DNA of 64,000 nucleotides from an uncultured Rhodospirillales bacterium (GTDB lineage Bacteria; Pseudomonadota; Alphaproteobacteria; UBA9219; RGZA01): NCBI GenBank assembly GCA_964568585.1, contig CAZMQI010000002.1, positions 9,237 to 73,236 of the forward strand, read 5' to 3'. Shown piece by piece: positions 58,594 to 64,000 of this stretch (position 1 is its first letter; each line of letters starts with the position of its first letter). The notes under the pieces were generated by a model. It saw only the letters and a program-made list of their open reading frames with translations, ran no database searches and was not told where the DNA came from. The position numbers and the translations under genes were made by a program.

Positions 58594-59433
58594 TTATGTC
58601 GGTTGGCGCGGCGGAGATGGGTGATTGTCATGTTGCCGATGTATTGTGAAGGATGGCGCAGGATGCGGAGCGACAGCTGCAACAACAGATCGCTTCATCG
58701 GGGTTACCTGTGCGGGAGGACGATGTTCATGCCCGCGTACCGGTACGCCATATTGTGCATAGGGTTGTACATGCGACGCTGATGGCTCGTCGCTAATGCG
58801 ATTAATACGCAACGATGGGCTTTGCGCGTGCGGAGCTGGTGCAGGCGTTTCGTTGGAACCAAATACACGCTTAAATGCTCCGCTCACCGTATCAACCACG
58901 CGGTTATAGGTATTACTGATGGCAGCGGCCACTTCGCGGATAAAGCCCATCGCAGTGCGCTGGCGACGGTTAGTCTCGCCACTGCGATTATCATAGCGCT
59001 CGAACTGATGCATTGCTTCAACAGCTTGGCCAAGATTGCTCGAACGCTTCAACATATCGCCTGCCTGGCGCTCACTACCAAAGGCGGGGCCTGGAACGTT
59101 CAAATTATCACGGCGCGGAATGCCCATTTCATGCATCGCAAAATCAATCTGTGTAGTAACGGGATCTTGTCCTGGACGTGCAGCAACGAAGCGTTGCATG
59201 TTGGTGTAACGTTGTTCACGCCATTGGAATAATCCATGCGCTTCACGGCCACGACCCAGATTTCTGTCGCCAACCACGCTCAAGTTAAAGTTGGATTCAT
59301 GTTTTATCGCAGCCATCACTGCAGCGGTCTGATGTTGATTGAATTGATACGCCGTTGTCAGGTGATGCAGTGCACGCCGACGATTATCATCGGGATCATT
59401 TGTTGGAATACGTGCTCGCTGGTTTACAGCCAT
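58594..59433 (-). CDS. Leaderless protein E2: phage-tail-lysozyme-type domain + tail module
   Basis: AAVMAAIKHESNFNLSVVGDRNLGRGREAHGLFQWREQRYTNMQRF fits the phage tail lysozyme pattern (ES.FNP..GD....GL.QW...R). AAAISNTYNRVVDTVSGAF. LRINR at 58798-58812. FTIHR at 58636-58650. The stop is 13 nt before the E1 start. Confidence 0.75.
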   Translation of the reverse strand: MAVNQRARIPTNDPDDNRRRALHHLTTAYQFNQHQTAAVMAAIKHESNFNLSVVGDRNLGRGREAHGLFQWREQRYTNMQRFVAARPGQDPVTTQIDFAMHEMGIPRRDNLNVPGPAFGSERQAGDMLKRSSNLGQAVEAMHQFERYDNRSGETNRRQRTAMGFIREVAAAISNTYNRVVDTVSGAFKRVFGSNETPAPAPHAQSPSLRINRISDEPSASHVQPYAQYGVPVRGHEHRPPAQVTPMKRSVVAAVAPHPAPSFTIHRQHDNHPSPPRQPT

Positions 59434-59478
59434 GTGCCTATCTCTTTGAAATTCATTACTTACTTTAATTTCTTATCA

Positions 59479-59505
59479 TTAAAACTTGGTGAAATAATTG
59501 TTAAC
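59479..59505. promoter_or_regulatory. 27-bp conserved upstream motif (copy upstream of E2)
   Basis: TTAAAACTTGGTGAAATAATTGTTAAC, which reads TTAA-N7-TGAA-N7-TTAAC. It lies 46-72 nt upstream of the E2 ATG. It has the same architecture as 60519-60545 and 17/27 identity to it. Confidence 0.4.
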
Positions 59506-59601
59506 GCCCAAGGAAATCTCAGTGTCGTTTTGTATATATAACAATAGTTTATTTGTGGGTGTGCCTAATATCACAGGCTAATTTGCTTAAAACCCGAATA
59601 T

Positions 59602-60462
59602 TTAAGGGCGCGGGGTTACGTGTGGAGCAGGACTAGCTGGAGCATTTTGCTCTGGGAATGCTTCACTTTGGCGGCGAATGGTGAGCGGGACATGCGGCGG
59701 GTGCGGTGTCAAAACACGAGGCTCCGGCGGTGATTGCTGCACGTAGTTCGTGGGTATTTGCGGGCGTCGCTGTGGGACTTCAGGGGGATGTGTTTGTTGG
59801 CGCGGCTGCGGATGTGCTTGTGGATGTGGTTGCGATGATGGTGATAACGCATCACCAATGCGATTAATCACCCAGCGTGCGCCATTCGCTATCCCTGTCG
59901 CAACGTTTGCTATACCTTGACCAATAGCGCCGACAACATCGCCGATGAAATTTCCAACCCCGCGGATAAGATTACCAAAGCGGGTATTCCACCATCTAGT
60001 ATCAGGGGTTTCAACACCAAAACGCTCGCCTCTTGAACGAAACGTTTCCCTGCCCACACCCACAGATTCCGATGCATTACCCGTTGCGCCAAGACTTAGA
60101 TTGGTTCCATTTCTGCAGACTTTGCTAATCGTATCGATGAATTGCCGATTATTCGAATATCCAGGCTCGGGTTGATGCGCTGGCCAATAATTATAATTAC
60201 CATGGTTACGCAGTTCATAATCAATTGTATGGCCACGCGATGCACAACGATTGAATACAGTTTCTGCCCATGCCATTTGCGCTTCAGGACCTTGCGCGCC
60301 AACTTCTTTTTGCATACGCCCGGCAAAGGCATACATGGTAGCGGTTGGATTGCCAGAACTATCAAATAGCTGGCTCATGAATTGCCTGCGATCAACAATC
60401 GCATTACGATTGTTGCGCGGATCACCTTGTCGATTTTCTCTATCAACGGGAATACGCGCCAT
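59602..60462 (-). CDS. Leaderless protein F: possible SleB-like cell-wall hydrolase domain + glycine zipper + tail motifs
   Basis: EVGAQGPEAQMAWAETVFNRCASRG resembles the E..G....A.A.V..NR core of the Hydrolase_2/SleB family (by eye). Glycine zipper IRGVGNFIGDVVGAIGQGIANVATGIANGA. WVINR at 59860-59874. LTIRR at 59671-59685. The N-terminus MARIPVDREN...DPRNNRNA resembles the E2 N-terminus. Confidence 0.65.
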   Translation of the reverse strand: MARIPVDRENRQGDPRNNRNAIVDRRQFMSQLFDSSGNPTATMYAFAGRMQKEVGAQGPEAQMAWAETVFNRCASRGHTIDYELRNHGNYNYWPAHQPEPGYSNNRQFIDTISKVCRNGTNLSLGATGNASESVGVGRETFRSRGERFGVETPDTRWWNTRFGNLIRGVGNFIGDVVGAIGQGIANVATGIANGARWVINRIGDALSPSSQPHPQAHPQPRQQTHPPEVPQRRPQIPTNYVQQSPPEPRVLTPHPPHVPLTIRRQSEAFPEQNAPASPAPHVTPRP

Positions 60463-60518
60463 GACGCGATCTGCCTCTAAAAACCTGTTTTTACAGGTGA
60501 TATTATAAATTTGCGAAA

Positions 60519-60545
60519 TTAAAATGTGGTGAAGGAAGCATTAAC
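60519..60545. promoter_or_regulatory. 27-bp conserved upstream motif (copy upstream of F)
   Basis: TTAAAATGTGGTGAAGGAAGCATTAAC, which reads TTAA-N7-TGAA-N7-TTAAC. It lies 57-83 nt upstream of the F ATG. Confidence 0.4.
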
Positions 60546-60616
60546 CAGATGCCAATAAAGCCACGCATTTCTTCCCACAATGGGCAGAAGATGGTTAATT
60601 CGAAGTAGATTTTGGC

Positions 60617-61720
60617 TTAAAGCGCCTGCAACGCCTTCAATACCGCATCGCCCATCGCTTGCGTGCCAATCGGTTTTATACCAACCGCCGCGATGTCAAC
60701 GGTACGTATATTCTGCTCCAGCACATTGGCAACAGCGCGTTCCAATGCCGCGCATTCCTTTGGCATATTGAAGGAGTATTTGAGCGCCATCGCAAAGCTA
60801 AGGATGGTTGCAAGTGGATTCGCCTTATCCTGCCCTGCGATATCCGGCGCACTGCCATGAATAGGTTCATACATTGCATTCTGTTTGCCGTTGGCATCTT
60901 TTGCGCCAAGACTGGCCGATGGCAACATGCCAAGCGAACCTGTCAGCATTGATGCTTCATCAGATAGAATATCGCCAAATAGATTATCGGTGACGATGAC
61001 GTCAAAGCTTTTTGGATTGCGAAGCAATACCATCGCCACGGCGTCCGCATACATATGCGTCAGCTCCACATCCTTATATTCGGCTGCATGTAATGCGATG
61101 ACTTCTTCGCGCCACAAACGGCCACTTTCCATCACATTGCCTTTTTCGCTGGAGCAAACCTTGTTGCCGCGCTTGCGTGCCAATTCAAATGCCACGCGTG
61201 CCACACGGTGGATTTCAGGGGTCGTATACACCTGCGTATTCACGCCTTTACGTATGCCATTTCCCAAATCGGTAATACCGCGTGGTTCGCCGAAATAAAC
61301 GCCGCCGCATAATTCGCGCACAATCATGATGTCCAAGCCCTTCACCACTTCTGGCTTTAAGGTGCTGGCATCCAACAACGCATCAAACACAATAGCAGGG
61401 CGAAGGTTAGCAAATAAATCCAGTTCCTTGCGGAGCTTTAATAATGCAGCTTCAGGGCGCTTGGCATAATCAACCTTATCCCATTTCGGGCCACCCACCG
61501 CGCCAAGCATCACCACATCGGCAGCTTTCGCTTTAGCCAAGGTTCCATCATCCAGCGATGTTCCATACTTGTCATAACCGGCACCGCCTACGACATCTTC
61601 GCTTACTTCAAACTTCGCGCCATTGTTCTTGAAATGCGTGATGAGCTTTTTAACAGGCTCCATCACCTCTGGGCCAATGCCATCGCCAGGGAGGATGAGT
61701 ACGTTATATGCTTTCGACAT
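60617..61720 (-). CDS. leuB: 3-isopropylmalate dehydrogenase
   Basis: [12 protein letters not shown] and [26 protein letters not shown]. 367 aa. Confidence 0.95.
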   Translation of the reverse strand: MSKAYNVLILPGDGIGPEVMEPVKKLITHFKNNGAKFEVSEDVVGGAGYDKYGTSLDDGTLAKAKAADVVMLGAVGGPKWDKVDYAKRPEAALLKLRKELDLFANLRPAIVFDALLDASTLKPEVVKGLDIMIVRELCGGVYFGEPRGITDLGNGIRKGVNTQVYTTPEIHRVARVAFELARKRGNKVCSSEKGNVMESGRLWREEVIALHAAEYKDVELTHMYADAVAMVLLRNPKSFDVIVTDNLFGDILSDEASMLTGSLGMLPSASLGAKDANGKQNAMYEPIHGSAPDIAGQDKANPLATILSFAMALKYSFNMPKECAALERAVANVLEQNIRTVDIAAVGIKPIGTQAMGDAVLKALQAL

Positions 61721-61731
61721 GATGGTTCCTG

Positions 61732-62334
61732 TTAAGTCCAGCTTTGATTGGCTTTGCGTTGTTTTTCAAACGCAGCAATGTCATCTTGGTGTTGCAACGT
61801 GATGCCAACAGCATCCAGCCCCTTGAGCATGCGATCTTTGCGTAAAGTATCAATTGTAAAGCTAAATTGCTTATTGCCTGCTTTGATCGTTTGCGCTTCC
61901 AAATCGATGGTGATTTCGCGGCCAGCTTTCGCATCTTCCATCAATTGATCGACTTGGTCTTGCGGCAATTGCACCGGCAGGATGCCATTTTGAAAACAGT
62001 TATTGTTAAAGATGTCGGCAAAACTTGGCGCAATTACACAGCGGATACCAAAATCCAATAACGCCCATGGCGCGTGTTCTCTGGATGACCCACAACCAAA
62101 ATTCTCGCCAGCTACCAAAATGCTGGCCTTGCGATATGGCTCGCGGTTCAACACAAATTCGGGGATTTCTTTGCCGTCTGCCGTGAAACGCATTTCATCG
62201 AACAGGTTCTTTCCCAAGCCCGAACGCTTGATGGTCTTCAGGAATTGCTTGGGAATAATCATATCCGTGTCGATATTGATAATCGGCAAGGGCGCAGCAA
62301 TTCCGGTCAGTTTTGTAAACGCTTGCATCGGCAA
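61732..62334 (-). CDS. leuD: 3-isopropylmalate dehydratase small subunit
   Basis: [12 protein letters not shown] and [17 protein letters not shown]. 200 aa. Confidence 0.95.
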   Translation of the reverse strand: MPMQAFTKLTGIAAPLPIINIDTDMIIPKQFLKTIKRSGLGKNLFDEMRFTADGKEIPEFVLNREPYRKASILVAGENFGCGSSREHAPWALLDFGIRCVIAPSFADIFNNNCFQNGILPVQLPQDQVDQLMEDAKAGREITIDLEAQTIKAGNKQFSFTIDTLRKDRMLKGLDAVGITLQHQDDIAAFEKQRKANQSWT

Positions 62335-62338
62335 CTTC

Positions 62339-62608
62339 CTAATTCAAAAACTTGTCTTTGGTCATGCCTTCTTCTTCGCGGATATAGGCACGGATGACCA
62401 TCCATATCGCCAGAATACCGGCGCCAATGATAAGCGTGAGCAATACTTTGCCCATCACGGCCCAGCTTAAAATATCAAACCATAAATCCAATACGAAGAT
62501 GCCACCGGCGGTCGCAATGATAAGGAAAAGGATGTTCAGCAATAAACGGCGAGTGCGGTTGGCTTCGCTGATTTGAGCTGTGCGCCCATCTGTATTGGTG
62601 TCAATCAT
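62339..62608 (-). CDS. Small membrane protein (2 TM helices)
   Basis: 89 aa with two hydrophobic helices ([23 protein letters not shown] and [18 protein letters not shown]). 4-nt overlap with the upstream ORF. Confidence 0.55.
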   Translation of the reverse strand: MIDTNTDGRTAQISEANRTRRLLLNILFLIIATAGGIFVLDLWFDILSWAVMGKVLLTLIIGAGILAIWMVIRAYIREEEGMTKDKFLN

Positions 62609-62820
62609 AGGGTTTCCTTTTCTAAAACAATCAGAAACGCTTCGCGGGAGAAAAACAATAGCTCGCGGCGCTTTTCGCGTTCCATCGCCACCACACGCCA
62701 GCCTTCACGTGCATTGATATTCAAAAAATCACTGAACTTCACAGGATTGACCTTGGATTCACCCAGCAACAACGAGCCCAATAAGGGTTCGCGGTAAACC
62801 ACGACTTTATATTCACGCAT
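62605..62820 (-). CDS. DUF4177-like small protein
   Basis: 71 aa. MREYKVVVY...FLNINAREGWRVVAME fits the DUF4177 pattern (YEYKV...LN..G.eGWelV) by eye. Confidence 0.5.
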   Translation of the reverse strand: MREYKVVVYREPLLGSLLLGESKVNPVKFSDFLNINAREGWRVVAMEREKRRELLFFSREAFLIVLEKETL

Positions 62821-62835
62821 GTCGGTAATCCTTTT

Positions 62836-63510
62836 TCAGATCGGGGCAGGAAACAAACTTGGTTTTACAGAGGAAACCCCTCTAAATCCACCGTTTCTTT
62901 CATAAAAAAATGCAACATCCAGGTCAGGGAATGCGAATATGCGATCACGGTTTTTCACCCGCAGATTTGGCGCGTCCTTGAATTCCTGTTGCTGCCACGC
63001 GTCGCGCGTCAAATCACCTTCAGGAACTGCCAGATGCCGCAAGCCATTACCATTTTCTATCACCATACTGTGCCAGCCTTGTTCCCACTGCACAATTTCA
63101 TTCACTTTGCCCGCCACGATATGCGCGCCAATATCTTTTGGATCCAGAAAAAATGGTGCCATGCCCAAACGAACGGTTTGCCATTTTGAACGCGGCATAT
63201 CTTTATTCACACCGGTTTCCAAAAATGCGCGAATGGATATCACACCAAATCGGTGCTGGCTTGATGCACGGCGTAAAATCAACCCGTTACCCTTGCGAAT
63301 ATTCGATTTATGCCGTTCATTCCAATGCGGCGCATACACCACAAAATGTGTATCGGGCTGCGTATCGGTTGTAAATACGACCTTGTCATAGCCGCCTTTG
63401 TCCTCCACATACACCACCAACCCTTTCACAGGAGGCGGGACATTTAATTCCGCATAATTATCCGGACGCCGCGTAGGTGCTGTTCGTTGTAACATCATCA
63501 TCCCATTCAA
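62836..63510 (-). CDS. Hypothetical 224-aa protein between leuC and leuD
   Basis: The ORF fills the interval with coding-like composition. No domain recognised and no signal peptide. Confidence 0.5.
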   Translation of the reverse strand: MNGMMMLQRTAPTRRPDNYAELNVPPPVKGLVVYVEDKGGYDKVVFTTDTQPDTHFVVYAPHWNERHKSNIRKGNGLILRRASSQHRFGVISIRAFLETGVNKDMPRSKWQTVRLGMAPFFLDPKDIGAHIVAGKVNEIVQWEQGWHSMVIENGNGLRHLAVPEGDLTRDAWQQQEFKDAPNLRVKNRDRIFAFPDLDVAFFYERNGGFRGVSSVKPSLFPAPI

Positions 63511-63515
63511 AAGCG

Positions 63516-64000
63516 TTATTTCATCAATTCACGTACATCCGCCAATTTACCGGTAATCGCGGCGGCGGCTGCCATTTCAGGGCTGAGCAAATGGGTGCGT
63601 CCACCACGGCCTTGGCGGCCTTCGAAATTACGGTTTGACGTAGACGCGCAACGCTCACCCGGCTGCAATTTATCTTCGTTCATCGCAAGACACATCGAAC
63701 AACCAGGTTCGCGCCAATCAAAGCCTGCATCGCGGAACAACTTATCTAACCCTTCCGCTTCCGCTTGCTCTTTCACAAGGCCAGAACCCGGCACTACCAT
63801 CGCATAAACATTCGCTGCAACCTTGCGGCCACGGATGACTTGGCTCGCAGCACGCAAATCTTCAATGCGGCCATTGGTGCAAGACCCTATGAACACCTTA
63901 TCAACTGGGACATCGGTCAACTTCGTGCCGGGTGTTAATCCCATATAGGTCAATGCACGTTCAACCGAACCGCGGTGATTTTCATCTTTGATCTCTGCTG
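63516..64000 (-). CDS. leuC: 3-isopropylmalate dehydratase large subunit (C-terminal part; the gene continues beyond the window)
   Basis: [25 protein letters not shown] and [12 protein letters not shown] aconitase-family motifs. The frame stays open to the window edge. Confidence 0.93.
   Translation of the reverse strand, partial: AEIKDENHRGSVERALTYMGLTPGTKLTDVPVDKVFIGSCTNGRIEDLRAASQVIRGRKVAANVYAMVVPGSGLVKEQAEAEGLDKLFRDAGFDWREPGCSMCLAMNEDKLQPGERCASTSNRNFEGRQGRGGRTHLLSPEMAAAAAITGKLADVRELMK

Noticed and set aside
60478-60498. The hairpin ACCTGT-AAAA-ACAGGT plus a T-run on the minus strand, as the leuB terminator.
   Set aside because: The stem is only 6 bp. It lies about 120 nt after the leuB stop and only 16 nt before the F start codon, downstream of the conserved F upstream motif. 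It is too weak and awkwardly placed to call.

Overview
This window reads as 64 kb of an alphaproteobacterial chromosome. The evidence is an ALAS-type hemA, ccrM, a membrane-anchored mitochondrial-type cytochrome c, a mutY/DUF721/dsbA neighbourhood and an RcGTA-type cluster. The organism cannot be named from the sequence alone. The window is gene-dense and mostly housekeeping: gyrB, cca, kdsB, pheA, hemA, an epmA-like gene, smc, ispE, a ymdB-like gene, rnhB, ccrM, phaZ, mutY, a DsbA-family gene, lepA, a GH13 alpha-glucosidase, leuB-leuD-(3 inserted ORFs)-leuC and one tRNA-Leu(CAA). I saw no rRNA, CRISPR array, transposase or integrase. Two things stand out. (1) At 10.0-26.1 kb there is a complete ~16 kb RcGTA-like head-tail cluster on the minus strand. 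It departs from the canonical layout in several ways: the tape-measure gene sits after g13, an antisense lipoprotein gene is wedged exactly between them, and an extra ORF plus a strong hairpin follows the capsid gene. A DUF2793 fibre gene and a lysis cassette (TM/coiled-coil protein, GH24 endolysin, 3TM GTA-type holin) are also physically linked to it. (2) At least six proteins at three loci (1-826, 47520-48638, 57249-60462) form a dispersed family. They carry different cell-envelope-degrading catalytic domains: an M23 peptidase, a lambda-R-type GH104 lytic transglycosylase plus SGNH esterase, a phage-tail-lysozyme domain, a SleB-like domain and a possible GH114-like barrel. The four complete multi-module members (D, E1, E2, F) fuse these to a common non-catalytic tail: a glycine-zipper segment, a Pro/Gln-rich spacer and a short repeated motif (hydrophobic-x-I-[N/H/R]-[R/T], e.g. 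LRINR). The M23 peptidase and the partial upstream gene show only the Pro-rich spacer and the motif. None of the five complete proteins has a Sec, Tat or lipoprotein signal; the N-terminus of the sixth lies outside the window. I interpret this tail as a candidate export or targeting module, apparently undescribed, for antibacterial or wall-remodelling effectors. Two of the genes share a 27-bp upstream motif. Next to one locus is an operon of three Pro/Ala-rich proteins with their own shared motif. Other oddities are a pair of divergent beta-carbonic-anhydrase-like paralogues, an internally duplicated HTH-like protein, a structured intergenic repeat with compensatory substitutions, and two DnaA-box-containing direct repeats plus two GANTC sites in front of ccrM. 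All similarity statements come from reading the translations by eye; no database search or computation was possible.
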